Virus record (IMG/VR): IMGVR_UViG_3300036715_002448
Coordinates: 1 to 64,000 of that record
Origin: an uncultured virus (IMG/VR IMGVR_UViG_3300036715_002448)
Lineage: Duplodnaviria > Heunggongvirae > Uroviricota > Caudoviricetes
Length of the DNA: 64,000 bases
Reading direction: 5' to 3' (one strand)
This document shows positions 17,316-27,791 of this stretch, in pieces (within the stretch, counting starts at the first letter, position 1; each line of letters opens with the position of its first letter). Made by a program: the position numbers and the translations under genes. The notes under the pieces were generated by a model. It did no database searches. It was not told the DNA's origin and saw nothing but the letters and a program-made list of their open reading frames with translations.

Positions 17316-18497
17316 TTATTTTTTAAGATTTAAGAAAAATTTCTTATTTTCTTTTATTCTTGTTAAGTCAGGTTCTTCTACTAATCCTTTTTCTACCATT
17401 TTCCACAATTTTTTGTATGTTTGACTAGATTCTTCTTTACGTCCACTATACCAAGATGAAATACAATGCAAATCATAAATCTTCCAAAGATAAAAAGGAA
17501 CATCTATAAAAAGATTTGATTTTGGCGAAGGAGACTTTCCGGCATATTTCATTGCATGTGAACTATAAATATATGCAGTATCATAATCTTTTATTGATTG
17601 ATAATAAAGAATAAGTGGAAGTAAATGTTCAACTCTATACATATTAGTTTGACCACATCTACGATAAGCTTCCATAACTTCATAAATAGGATCATTACGT
17701 TTTGCTTTTAAACTTGCCACCATATAACGTGAATAGTAAATTTCTTCCCAGTACCCTGTTAAAGTTTCAGCTCGTTTTGTATACCATTCAATAGCTTTAT
17801 CTATGTTTTCACAATCTCTATATGATTGAGCCAAATAAAATACCCAGCGAGCATCTTTTTTAGGATCATTTGCAACATAATCTTCAAGAATTTTTGCATG
17901 TCCTTCATATTTTTCCTTAATAGTTTGAGAAGTCCATGAATTACCATCTGCTGTTACAAGAACATTAAATCCATCAATTATTGCCGATTTTATATCTTCT
18001 CTGTCATTTACTAAAACTTCGTGTAAAGGACCTTCAAACCTCCAACCATCATTAAGCTTGTAAAATTGCATACGATGATAATGTTGAGCACCATAAGTAA
18101 CTTTAACATTGGCTGCATCAAATTGTACTAATTTTCTTTTAAATAACCAAGATTCAAAATTCTTATCATAAATCAGTTGTTCATCGGCATCTTGCCAAAA
18201 ACCAAATGCATTTTCTAGATTTAGTTCTATTGCTAATTTATTAGCTTCATTTATTGATCTGTTTCTTGCATCGCCAAAATTTATCCAAGGATGGTCAACT
18301 ACTCTACCAGGTATATTCTTTTCTTTAAAAAAGTCTTCTACAATTTCTTTCGTTTTATCCGTAGAACCAGTATCTACTACAACATAAGCATCTATTAAAG
18401 AATATATAGAATTTAAACATCTTTCTATAACATTTTCTTCGTTTTTAACAATCATAGTAAGTACTATATTAGCACTCGGACTTTCTAGTTTATTCAT
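17316..18497 (-). CDS. GT2 glycosyltransferase with TPR-like C-terminus
   Basis: MIVKNEE..IERCL, VDTGSTD, NFGDARN, DADE, LHE, FYLAQSY. Confidence 0.85.
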   Translation of the reverse strand: MNKLESPSANIVLTMIVKNEENVIERCLNSIYSLIDAYVVVDTGSTDKTKEIVEDFFKEKNIPGRVVDHPWINFGDARNRSINEANKLAIELNLENAFGFWQDADEQLIYDKNFESWLFKRKLVQFDAANVKVTYGAQHYHRMQFYKLNDGWRFEGPLHEVLVNDREDIKSAIIDGFNVLVTADGNSWTSQTIKEKYEGHAKILEDYVANDPKKDARWVFYLAQSYRDCENIDKAIEWYTKRAETLTGYWEEIYYSRYMVASLKAKRNDPIYEVMEAYRRCGQTNMYRVEHLLPLILYYQSIKDYDTAYIYSSHAMKYAGKSPSPKSNLFIDVPFYLWKIYDLHCISSWYSGRKEESSQTYKKLWKMVEKGLVEEPDLTRIKENKKFFLNLKK

Positions 18498-18804
18498 TTT
18501 AATTCTTTATTAAGTTTGTTTTGTTTTCTTATTATTACTTTATCTTCTTCTCTTTTTAAAGCCTCTTCTTTAATTTGTTCTAAATTAGAATTGTTAGTAA
18601 TTTTATAGAAGTATGGTTTTTTAGCATAATATATTTGTAGATTTTTTCTTTAACTACATTAGCATTACTAGAATAGTATTTTTATGATTTTAAATTATTA
18701 GCAAAATGCTTTTTCTTTATCAATAAAATACTTTCACTTTCTTCATGTCATAAGAGTTTATTTTAAATATCTACAAAACTAATAAAAAAGTAATAAAAAA
18801 TTGA

Positions 18805-19029
18805 TTAAATTTCATCATTTTTATCGGACTTTGTAAAAGTACCGAAATCTTGATAAGGTAGGTTTTTAGGAGATTTTTTAACTTCTGGGTATTTTAAAAT
18901 AGTACCTTCATAAGGATCAAGGGAAACACCTTTAGACTTGAAAAAATCTGCAAATTTCTTCCAGGTCCCTTTGTAGTATCGTATATCCTTTAAGTTTCTA
19001 TCTTCCATTTTAAGATTTTTTAGCTTCAT
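18805..19029 (-). CDS. Hypothetical protein (true start may be the second Met)
   Basis: ORF track; overlaps upstream gene. Confidence 0.45.
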   Translation of the reverse strand: MKLKNLKMEDRNLKDIRYYKGTWKKFADFFKSKGVSLDPYEGTILKYPEVKKSPKNLPYQDFGTFTKSDKNDEI

Positions 19030-19201
19030 CGACTCCTCTGTCGGCTGTTTGATTTTGTTTATTCAATTCTTCAATAAAGTTAATCGACTCGACTATTATT
19101 GCTACATCTTTTAAATTAAAAACACCTTTTGTTTGTGCGAATTCAGCTGCTTGAACTAAAATTGAAACTGCTTGACCTAAATTTGTAACTTGTTCTTTCA
19201 T
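19010..19201 (-). CDS. Small helical protein, paralog of 15983-16204
   Basis: NLGQAVSILVQAAEFAQTKGVFNLKD. Confidence 0.7.
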   Translation of the reverse strand: MKEQVTNLGQAVSILVQAAEFAQTKGVFNLKDVAIIVESINFIEELNKQNQTADRGVDEAKKS

Positions 19202-19224
19202 TTTGTATTTGTTTAATTTTTAAA

Positions 19225-19252
19225 ATTATATGATGTATTATTGTAAAAGTTT
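19225..19252 (-). promoter_or_regulatory. AAAC-N16-CATATAAT promoter (putative phage-sigma class)
   Basis: Identical elements and 16-nt spacing at four intergenic sites. Confidence 0.65.
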
Positions 19253-19434
19253 AAAAATTTTATGTATGTTTAATGTTATTTTGCATTTAATTTCAGTTAG
19301 CGTTATTCCCAAGAAGGGCCAAAAGTCATTAATTTTATCATTATAAAGTCTTCATTATATACAGCTAACTGAGCTAATGATACTACTATTTGGGCAGTTT
19401 GGAGTATTTTGTATTTAAGATTATTTTAAGTATC

Positions 19435-20079
19435 TTATTTTTTAGGTATAGAATTAAAGTCAATATATTTTCCACTAACTATTTTTGCATCTGGATTTTT
19501 AACGGTAGCTTTAATTTCTAATGCTTTTGTACCACACTTAAAAAATAAGAATCTTTTTGGTATTCTGTAGATGACAAAATCAACAGTGTCTTTAACTATT
19601 GTATGACCTTCGAATGTTTTTGTTTTGGTAGAAAGGCACCCATTTTGTTCAATCCAAGGAGTTTTATAAGTGAAACATTTCAAAGTATCAATTTGTTTGT
19701 CTTTGTAAACTATAGAGTCTTTAACTTTTCCCGTTGCATCAATTGTAGTAGTTGTTCCTGTACTAACTAATGATTGTACATATTTTAACTTTATACCAAG
19801 GTCTGCAATTGTTTTTTTATATTGTTGCTCGTGTGCTTTAAATTCATCTTGTGTTAATTCAAGACGTTTAATTGTTGCAGCACTTTTACCATCTTTTGTT
19901 TTAAATGTGTTAATTGAATCAAAAAGTGTTTCTTGATTATTTGATAATCGTCCTATTTCAACATCTTTTGATTTATTTAGGTTTATTGACCAAAAAAGAC
20001 CACCAGATAGCAAAACTATGAGTACTATTGTTTTGTACTTCCAAAGGAATGCTAAAATTTGTTTAATAATAATTGACAT
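19435..20079 (-). CDS. DUF6549-like membrane-anchored coiled-coil protein (spanin-like candidate)
   Basis: N-terminal TM, coiled coil, PKRFLFFKCGTK motif. Confidence 0.55.
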   Translation of the reverse strand: MSIIIKQILAFLWKYKTIVLIVLLSGGLFWSINLNKSKDVEIGRLSNNQETLFDSINTFKTKDGKSAATIKRLELTQDEFKAHEQQYKKTIADLGIKLKYVQSLVSTGTTTTIDATGKVKDSIVYKDKQIDTLKCFTYKTPWIEQNGCLSTKTKTFEGHTIVKDTVDFVIYRIPKRFLFFKCGTKALEIKATVKNPDAKIVSGKYIDFNSIPKK

Positions 20080-20278
20080 AGTATTTGTTTATTTTATTTT
20101 ATTATGTTGTACTAGTAGTACCTACCATCGATTCTGGTATTAAGATTATTCATAATTGAGTCAAGGCAGTGAAGGTATATACATATTTATTTACTTCGGG
20201 TTTTTGTAAATACTTTCCAGTCAATTAATACTTCTATTATTTAAAAGTTTAGAAGGACCGCTTAATATCAATGTCAAA

Positions 20279-21235
20279 TTATGCTAATTTTGATTTTAGA
20301 TAGTCTATTTCTATTTGTTGTTCTTTAATCGCTTCTATTAACAAAGCTACCATATTTGCATATGCAACGGATAAAGTTCCATCGGGGTTTGTTGTAATTA
20401 CTTCAGGTAATACTTCTTGAACTTCTTGAGCAATAACCCCTGCTTTCCTAAGGTTATCATCCATATCAGTTCTTATGTAAGTATATCCATTAATTTTTTT
20501 TACTTTGTCTATTGCATTTGGAATAATTTGCAAATCAGATTTAACAGATTTATCAGAATGTGCAGTAATATCACCTATTGCATAAATAGAAATACCATTT
20601 GTTCCTGCAATCGAACCTACATGTATGGGATAAATTGGGGTAGTAGAACCTGTTCCAACTCCTAATTTTGTATTAATTATTACATTTCCTGTAGTAAAAG
20701 TAGCCCCGGTTGCAGTTAAACCTTGAACAAACCATTGAACTGCTTGAAATGTATTAGTAATAGAAAGAGCAGCATAATTACCTAAATCACTAAGATACAC
20801 TACATCTTGAAAATTACCAGTACTTCTAAAATTAACAGTTGTGTTCCCTTTTTTAGCTCCACTATTATCATAAGAAAATGACAAAGTGTCATTTTTATTT
20901 ATTTTGAAATTATTTGTTCCTACATTTAACAATCCTGATATGGTTCCGCCTGCTAATGATAAATATGACGTAGAATCAACTGATCCGTCGGCTTTAAGAA
21001 AACCTCCAGAAGTTCCACCAATTGTTTTATGACCTGTTGCTAGTACATATCCATTAACATCAAGAGTTTCTATTGGTGTTAATTTATTAATGGATATTCT
21101 TTTATTAGTAGAATCTAAATTGAAGATAGTGCTACCATCAGTAGCATTATTTATTATTAAAGAGCTTGTAGAATCAGAAAAAGGTTTGAGCTTTTGCACA
21201 ACCGCCCCGTTTTTGATTTTAAATTCATTTGCCAT
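20279..21235 (-). other. Tail fibre with C-terminal S74 intramolecular chaperone
   Basis: MANEFKIKNG; FLKADGSVD; HSDKSVK...GVIAQEVQEVLPE...VAYANMVALLIEAIKE. Confidence 0.85.
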
Positions 21236-21279
21236 AATTCACTTCCCTTTCCGTGAGTATTTTTAAAAAAAATTTAAAA

Positions 21280-21307
21280 AATGGAGTAACCAAATGATTA
21301 CTCCATT
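21280..21307 (-). terminator. Hairpin plus U-tract between fibre genes
   Basis: AATGGAGTAA / TTACTCCATT stem followed by a T run on the minus strand. Confidence 0.6.
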
Positions 21308-21329
21308 CTAATTATATATCATTATGTTT

Positions 21330-22739
21330 TTAGACAATAATTAAGTTACGTGAAACTTTAATTGTTGCTGATGTAGCAGAACCCATAGTTGCAATTAATC
21401 TTGCATTACCAGAAGTAATATCACTCGTAAACGTTACCAATTGTCCGGCTGTTTCTAACACTCCATATTCAGACATCATAGTGGTTGTTCCATTATGTAT
21501 TAATGTTATTTCCGAAATTTGATAATTACTTCCTTGGGTTACTTGAATTAAATACTTACCTGATCTGTAAGTAGCAATTGGAAATGTATCAATAACTGTT
21601 GCAGATGTAGTAGAAAGTGTACTATTATTAGAACCAAATGAATTAATATTTGTTCCAGCGGTAGCTAATGTTAAATTTCCACCAACGGTGATAGAACCTG
21701 TTAAACCAATACCACCTTGAACTTGCAAAGCACCTGTAATTGTACTTGTCGAGTCAGCGTGATTTGTTATTGTAATAGCTGTTGGAGTAGAAGAACCTCT
21801 TCCGGTAACAGAACTTAAAGTATCAGTTTCTGCTGTTAAATAACCTGTTGTACTTGCTGCAGTAATACGACCTTTTGCATCTACTGTAAATGTATTAAAT
21901 CCTGATCCAGCAGTTACTCCAGTATTAGATAAAACAGTTGAAATTAAAACAGGAGAGGTTCCTGAAAAATTGGTAGCAACAGTAGCCCCAGCCATAACAA
22001 TATCAGGACCTGTAAGCCCGAGTATTACATTACGGGAAAAATACTCAGAAGTTGTTGCATTACCAATAAGAGTACCCAAAATAGTTGTAAAACTAGCAGT
22101 CGTACCGGTAAGGCCTCCCGTTAAAGTACCACCACTAAGTTGTAAATAAGAAGATAAAGATGATGAAGTTGCATAAGAATTACCATCAATAGAACCATCC
22201 GCTTTTAAAAATTGCGAAGAAATACCACTAGGAGTTTTAAATCCAGTAGCTTGTATATTACCTGTAAACGTCGCCCCGGTTGATGTTAATCCTAAACTAA
22301 AAATTGCTAAATCATTAAATGTTTTGCTACCTACAAAAGTTTGTGTTGTTGTATTAACAATACCAGAAACCGTTGCGCTTGCACTAGGAAATGCTGGAAA
22401 TATAACATCACTTCCACCTCCCGCTATTGTTAAAGTAGCAGTAGGACCAGCTATTGTACCATTAGTCCAAGATAAAGAAGTTGGATAGTAGTTAGTATCT
22501 ATAGTTGCTTTAAAAACTAAATTACTATCAGCCGTTCCACCAACAAACCAATACTCTACTAGAGGATTGGTTCCTGATTTAATACCAATTGTTAACCCTT
22601 CATAACGATAAGTTGGTATTAATGCAGTTAATGCTGCTGCTGTAGCTCCAGCTGTTGTACCTGCTAAATATGGACCATACTTGGCATCAGCAGGAGCAGT
22701 GGTTTTCGCTAGAATATTATCCGATAAGTTTATTGCCAT
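21330..22739 (-). CDS. Tail fibre/spike-like structural protein
   Basis: Gly/Thr/Ser-rich; FLKADGSID, FTVDAKGRIT, C-terminal YRSGKYLIQV...EYG domain. Confidence 0.7.
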   Translation of the reverse strand: MAINLSDNILAKTTAPADAKYGPYLAGTTAGATAAALTALIPTYRYEGLTIGIKSGTNPLVEYWFVGGTADSNLVFKATIDTNYYPTSLSWTNGTIAGPTATLTIAGGGSDVIFPAFPSASATVSGIVNTTTQTFVGSKTFNDLAIFSLGLTSTGATFTGNIQATGFKTPSGISSQFLKADGSIDGNSYATSSSLSSYLQLSGGTLTGGLTGTTASFTTILGTLIGNATTSEYFSRNVILGLTGPDIVMAGATVATNFSGTSPVLISTVLSNTGVTAGSGFNTFTVDAKGRITAASTTGYLTAETDTLSSVTGRGSSTPTAITITNHADSTSTITGALQVQGGIGLTGSITVGGNLTLATAGTNINSFGSNNSTLSTTSATVIDTFPIATYRSGKYLIQVTQGSNYQISEITLIHNGTTTMMSEYGVLETAGQLVTFTSDITSGNARLIATMGSATSATIKVSRNLIIV

Positions 22740-22753
22740 GATTATTTATTATT

Positions 22754-23956
22754 TTATGCAATTGTAGCTGTTCCAATTGTTGTTACTTTTTGTGCTACGT
22801 ATATTTTATAATTAACACCTGACCATAGTGATGTAGGTGAATTTAAAGCTAATGTTGTTGGAGCAGCGATTAAGTCAGTTGCACCACCTATGGTTCCATT
22901 ATTTAAAGCCGTTTCATACCAAGTAGTTTTTGCTGCAATTGAATCGTATATAGCAAACCAAATCCATTGACCAGATGCAGAAAAATTCATCGACAATGAA
23001 CCAGAACCTGAACCAGATGCTAATACTTTTGTTCCAGCTCCACCTTGTATAAGATCAACTACTTGAGCTGCTGACTGTTGAGAAGATGAACATCCATAGA
23101 AATAAGGATACGCTCCTTCTATTGCTACAGTGTTTGTATTAAAATTAGAATTAGCTGCTTGTGGAGCATTAACACTTAAAACTGCTGCACTTCTACCGTC
23201 CAAAACACCTTTATTGTTATTTTTGGCTACACCAGCATTATAAGCTGCTTTTCCTGACCATGTTGCTGAATTAGCACCATAAGCAACAGTTAAAGTATCT
23301 GTTATATTTAAAGTATATGTAAAATTTGGATTATTTGGGTCAGAATAACCAAATTGAGCAGGTATGTCACTAGCAGTAGTTCCCGTAGGATTAGAAACAG
23401 TCGCTAAAGAAGAAGCACCTCTGTACAATGTTAATGAAGTACAAATGCCACTATCATTTTTTGTAAATGAAGCAGTTAAACCTTGTGATACGCTAGAACC
23501 AACTTCTTTTAATCCTGATGTACTATTAATAAGAGAAATTACTGGAATAGTATAAGTAGGAGCTTGATCTGGAAATAAAATAGTATCTAATGCTTGTACA
23601 ATAGTTTTAGTTTTCCAAGTTGAAGCTGGGGCTGCAGCAGCTCCACCAACTACAGTACTTACAACTGTGTCGGCAATCAAAGAGTCATAAGTAGCAGCAG
23701 TACCACCAATAATTAATCCATTAGCGTCATAAGTAATTTTTGTATAAGTACCACTAGTTATTGCTGTATTTTTAAGAAGATATGCTGATAATGATGCAGC
23801 AGGAGCAAAATATCCAGCAGTAAACCCTTGCAAAAAATTAGCATTAAGATTAGTAAATAATGTACTATCTGTTGCAATACCAGGAACTAATTGAGCACTC
23901 GAATTATAAATCGAGGTTGCACCAATCATTATACCATCTTTAATTTTAAATGCCAT
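22754..23956 (-). CDS. Tail fibre/virion structural protein
   Basis: MAFKIKDG; KITYDANGLI; YPYFYG beta domain; late promoters upstream. Confidence 0.6.
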   Translation of the reverse strand: MAFKIKDGIMIGATSIYNSSAQLVPGIATDSTLFTNLNANFLQGFTAGYFAPAASLSAYLLKNTAITSGTYTKITYDANGLIIGGTAATYDSLIADTVVSTVVGGAAAAPASTWKTKTIVQALDTILFPDQAPTYTIPVISLINSTSGLKEVGSSVSQGLTASFTKNDSGICTSLTLYRGASSLATVSNPTGTTASDIPAQFGYSDPNNPNFTYTLNITDTLTVAYGANSATWSGKAAYNAGVAKNNNKGVLDGRSAAVLSVNAPQAANSNFNTNTVAIEGAYPYFYGCSSSQQSAAQVVDLIQGGAGTKVLASGSGSGSLSMNFSASGQWIWFAIYDSIAAKTTWYETALNNGTIGGATDLIAAPTTLALNSPTSLWSGVNYKIYVAQKVTTIGTATIA

Positions 23957-23973
23957 ATTTCATTTTTTTTTAT

Positions 23974-24010
23974 TTTATTTATATATCTCTTTTTATTTTA
24001 TATATATATC
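23974..24010 (-). promoter_or_regulatory. Two tandem late promoter motifs
   Basis: GATATATA... beginning at 24010 and 23987. Confidence 0.55.
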
Positions 24011-24027
24011 TTTTTTATTTTTTTATT

Positions 24028-25503
24028 TTAAATCATCCTTCTAAACTTAAAAACATAATTAGAAGATTGAATATTAGAAAAATTAGAATATATTTGTAAT
24101 TTAATGTACCCAGGATTACCATCCGGGACATATTTATAAGTTCTTAAATACAAACCACCATCTGACCCACCACCAGATCTATGCAAAACAATTTCGTCAT
24201 TTGGCAATTCCATAGGATTTTTAACAACCCCGCTATACCAACTCAAAATTCCTGAATAGTATTCATTATTATTGGAGCCTCCTTGCCAACTATCATTTGC
24301 ATATAATTGCACTAAATAAGTTCCTGTTTCAATATCAGTTGAATTTATTCCAACATCTTGCCAACCGCTGGTTAAAATTAAACTTTTTGTAATTGTTTTA
24401 ATTTGATCAATATTAAATCCTTCAGTTGTTACAAATCCATTATGCTGAATAGTTCCATTAATAACTAAATTAGTTGATGAACTAGGACCTATTGTAATCA
24501 CTCCTAATTCATCTTTTATAGACGAGTCTCCAATAGAATTCTGACCGGTCCATTTAGCTAAATAATTCGCCATTCCTATTCCAGTAACACCTGTAATTTC
24601 AGATAATGTTTTCCAATGAGTTCCTGTTACTGTTGAAACTAAAACTTCCCCGTCTAATCCAACGGAATTTAAAGAGTCATAAAAAGCACCGGTTAATTTA
24701 AAGTCACCTTCGACTGTTAATTTTTGTAAAGACTGAGTACCACCAATTGAAACATTTCCTAAATAATATATACAACTTGTATTAGTTGTCCATACGCTTC
24801 CCTTAAAAGGAACTCCGTTTTGAAAAAAGCTTCCGGTAAAATTTACGTCACCATTAACATCTAAATTATATAAAGGTCCTGTTTTTCCTATTCCAATAAA
24901 ATCTGTTAAAGGGTCTGTGTAAATATTAGAACCGATTAAACGATTTGTTTCAGTAGACCAATAAACTAAAGAATTATCTGCTATTATGCCTTCTTTATAA
25001 ATAACAATTCCTGGATTATTTTCTGGTCCTAATAAAAAGTTACCATTTTTATCCATGGATATTATTCCATTATTACCTAATCCATCAAAATTTTCTATTT
25101 TTAATCCAGAATAAGTATTATTTGCTAAACTTTGAGTACTTCCATATCTAAGTGTAAAAAAATCTTGCGAGTTATAAACTGTATTAGCTGCTAATGTATC
25201 ACGAGTTCCTAATGTAACCCAACCATTTATATTATCATTATAAACTTGAATTCCTTCAGGCAATATAATTACTTTACCTATATTACCATCATTTCCGTAT
25301 CCTACATATAATCCATGATGAGTAGACCCAGTAGGACCAATTAATCCAGAAGTATTAACATACCCTAAAGGTCCTTGTAATACAGAATCATCACTTCTAT
25401 TATACAAGGAATCTATTAATGCAGAAAATTTATCTTCGGTAGAAAATGAACCGTTTTTAAATTTATCTTTTAATTGTGCGCGATTATATAGTGTTATAGC
25501 CAT
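24028..25503 (-). CDS. Tail fibre-like structural protein
   Basis: RAQLKDKFKNG...FSALIDS N-terminus; IGIGKTGPLYNLDVNG repeat; LAKWTG..SIGDS. Confidence 0.65.
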   Translation of the reverse strand: MAITLYNRAQLKDKFKNGSFSTEDKFSALIDSLYNRSDDSVLQGPLGYVNTSGLIGPTGSTHHGLYVGYGNDGNIGKVIILPEGIQVYNDNINGWVTLGTRDTLAANTVYNSQDFFTLRYGSTQSLANNTYSGLKIENFDGLGNNGIISMDKNGNFLLGPENNPGIVIYKEGIIADNSLVYWSTETNRLIGSNIYTDPLTDFIGIGKTGPLYNLDVNGDVNFTGSFFQNGVPFKGSVWTTNTSCIYYLGNVSIGGTQSLQKLTVEGDFKLTGAFYDSLNSVGLDGEVLVSTVTGTHWKTLSEITGVTGIGMANYLAKWTGQNSIGDSSIKDELGVITIGPSSSTNLVINGTIQHNGFVTTEGFNIDQIKTITKSLILTSGWQDVGINSTDIETGTYLVQLYANDSWQGGSNNNEYYSGILSWYSGVVKNPMELPNDEIVLHRSGGGSDGGLYLRTYKYVPDGNPGYIKLQIYSNFSNIQSSNYVFKFRRMI

Positions 25504-25506
25504 TTA

Positions 25507-26034
25507 TTATATTGCTTGCATTATGTATACTGTTATATCATAAGGTGATGTTGTATTATTTATTAACAAATTTTCAGCATATCCAACATTAGAATTTGTT
25601 ATAAATATGTCTTTAATAATCACATAATTAGTAGTTCCGGCATTTCCAATAGATTCTGGAATTTCGTTACCTATTAAACCTGCTTGAGCTGGTAAACCTA
25701 ATTCAATAATCTTAGAAGACTCTATTGCACTAGGCGGCCATATAACTTTAATGAATAAAAATCCTGCATTTAATTGTACAGTTGCAGTAGCACCAGCTAA
25801 AATTTTTACAGAGTCTATTCTAGTTGAATCTACTTGTTGGAAAAAAGGACTTAAATCCAAATCTGGAGAAGAAAAAACCACATTAGCATTTTGGTAAACC
25901 CCGGGAGTATTTTTAAAAAATCTTATAAATTTACTATTATCAGTAGATCCTCCACAAAAGTTTTTTTCTTGAAGGTCTAAAGTTTCTTGTGAAAATTGTG
26001 ATATTGTATATCCTAATGTATTTTGATCAGCCAT
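25507..26034 (-). CDS. Probable virion structural protein
   Basis: Beta-rich; late promoter at 26043-26057. Confidence 0.5.
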   Translation of the reverse strand: MADQNTLGYTISQFSQETLDLQEKNFCGGSTDNSKFIRFFKNTPGVYQNANVVFSSPDLDLSPFFQQVDSTRIDSVKILAGATATVQLNAGFLFIKVIWPPSAIESSKIIELGLPAQAGLIGNEIPESIGNAGTTNYVIIKDIFITNSNVGYAENLLINNTTSPYDITVYIMQAI

Positions 26035-26058
26035 TATTATATTTTATTTTATATATCT

Positions 26059-26721
26059 CTAAAGCCCACCTTTTATGAGTCCTTGGTAAGTATTAGTGTC
26101 ATTATTTATATGTCCTTCATCTAATTTAGCATCTAATTTTTCGACAGTTAAAGTTTCTGATATTCCATTAGGTTTAGTAGCTTCTTCTGATATATTATTA
26201 GGAACATCAAATTCAGCATTAAAAACATCATCTTGTTTTTCTGTTTTGGTAGTAGGGTTTTCTTCTAATGCAATTTCTTCTTTTTCTTCTTTATTAGGAG
26301 TTACATAATCAACTAAAGATTTAATAAATCCAAGTGCAACAAGTGGTAAAACAGCACCAGAAATGATTGAAAGAACACGCATTTGTTCTACTTTTGACAA
26401 ATCTTGTAATCCAAATAATTCAATCCAATAAGCATAGTTACTTAAATGTGCATAAGTAAAATAAACATTATTCATTACTTGAAATAAAGTTAAAACAATA
26501 AACAAAGCCCAAACAAGTCCTTTATGCATTCTGTTATAAATTACTATAGATGCCAATGAAGCTGCTGCTCCTATTTCAAAAGCAACTGCTAAAAATATAG
26601 ACATTCCGTGTCCATTTGACATTTCAAAAAAATCAATTGAATGGATTGTTGAAATAATAGATGTTATAAAATATAATGTTACGAATATGCCTATAATACC
26701 TCTGTTAAAAATTTTGTTCAT
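26059..26721 (-). CDS. Multi-pass membrane protein with acidic tail
   Basis: About 4 hydrophobic helices; late promoter motif at 26741-26751. Confidence 0.6.
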   Translation of the reverse strand: MNKIFNRGIIGIFVTLYFITSIISTIHSIDFFEMSNGHGMSIFLAVAFEIGAAASLASIVIYNRMHKGLVWALFIVLTLFQVMNNVYFTYAHLSNYAYWIELFGLQDLSKVEQMRVLSIISGAVLPLVALGFIKSLVDYVTPNKEEKEEIALEENPTTKTEKQDDVFNAEFDVPNNISEEATKPNGISETLTVEKLDAKLDEGHINNDTNTYQGLIKGGL

Positions 26722-26758
26722 AAAATATAATTTTAATTTAATTTATATATCTGCCCTA

Positions 26759-26793
26759 AAAAAGCTCTTAAATTTTTAGTTTAAGAGCTTTTT
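26759..26793. terminator. Intrinsic terminator hairpin
   Basis: AAAAAGCTCTTAAA / TTTAAGAGCTTTTT. Confidence 0.7.
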
Positions 26794-26811
26794 AAATAAA
26801 GTGAAAATTGT

Positions 26812-27243
26812 TTATTTTTCAATAAGGATTTCTTGGATGTTTGTTTTATTTACAGCAGTAATAATATATTCATCAATGCAAGTTTTTAATTCTTTTGTCA
26901 TCATTTCTTTTACTTCCGTAATATCAGTTGCTAATACATAAGAAGTTCTAGTAACACGTTTGATTTTTCCAGTATTATCATTTTCTTCTAAATAAAGAAC
27001 TTTACAAGAATAGTAAGAGAGATCATCTCTTGGATCTGTTAAATTCAGGATTTTGTCTGGGGTAATTTCTCTAATTGATTGAATTTTTGAAATTTTACTT
27101 CCAATTTCTCGGTAAATGTACTCATCTACACTTGTCATTGTACCTTCATTAACTCCTAAAATATAACGTCTTGATGCTGATTTTTGTTTTCCTTTATCGT
27201 CAATAAAGGATTCAATTAATTTAACTTCGTAATAAGATTTCAT
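26812..27243 (-). CDS. DUF4494-like protein
   Basis: YYEVK...DDKGKQK...Y plus duplicated YYSCKV...DNTGKIKR half. Confidence 0.6.
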   Translation of the reverse strand: MKSYYEVKLIESFIDDKGKQKSASRRYILGVNEGTMTSVDEYIYREIGSKISKIQSIREITPDKILNLTDPRDDLSYYSCKVLYLEENDNTGKIKRVTRTSYVLATDITEVKEMMTKELKTCIDEYIITAVNKTNIQEILIEK

Positions 27244-27530
27244 TATTTTGTTTTTTCTAAGATTTGTAGTTCTTTGTCTATTTCATTTTGTCTATTGACA
27301 TCTAAAATTTTCCTATCGGTTGACTGTATCATTCGTTTTTCATTTTTAAGACCTTCAATTTCCAAGTCTTTATGGGTTGGTAATGAATCAATTTTAATGC
27401 TAACTGCATCAATTTTTTTATCAACTTCACTCGTACTTAAAGAACATGTTCTCAAAAATATTATTGATAATAACACAATTATAATTATATTTACAATTGA
27501 AAAGTCATTTTTTGATGTAGGATATTTCAT
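27243..27530 (-). CDS. Membrane-anchored coiled-coil protein
   Basis: N-terminal TM ending LRTC, then coiled coil. Confidence 0.55.
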   Translation of the reverse strand: MKYPTSKNDFSIVNIIIIVLLSIIFLRTCSLSTSEVDKKIDAVSIKIDSLPTHKDLEIEGLKNEKRMIQSTDRKILDVNRQNEIDKELQILEKTK

Positions 27531-27769
27531 TTTTTATATTTTTTTGTTGGCTTTGGTGTTTGTTGTGGAAGTTTACTATCATAATAATCATCTATAAAAC
27601 AGTCACAAGGAATATTTGTAGAACCGCATTTAGGACACCTATCGCTTACAACTGATTTTGGAGTTTCTAACACTGGATCAGGCATTTCTTCAGCGAGTTG
27701 AGAAGTTTTCTTTGGTTTTTTAGATTCTTCTTTTTCTGATAATAAAAATTCGTTAAACTTTTTAAACAT
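27527..27769 (-). CDS. Leader-tagged small Zn-binding protein
   Basis: MFKKFNEFLLSE; CPKC...CDC; late promoter at 27779-27793. Confidence 0.6.
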   Translation of the reverse strand: MFKKFNEFLLSEKEESKKPKKTSQLAEEMPDPVLETPKSVVSDRCPKCGSTNIPCDCFIDDYYDSKLPQQTPKPTKKYKK

Positions 27770-27791
27770 TTTAATTGTTTTATTTTATATA

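Noticed and set aside
18494-18760. Possible pseudogene upstream of the GT2-TPR gene
   Set aside because: Open fragments exist but show no recognisable motif
20080-20278. Degraded fibre-accessory gene after the S74 fibre (LTLILSGPSKLLNNRSIN...)
   Set aside because: Too short and too interrupted to support
20279-25503. Diversity-generating retroelement or invertible fibre cassette
   Set aside because: No reverse transcriptase, recombinase, TR/VR pair or inverted gene segments seen in this window
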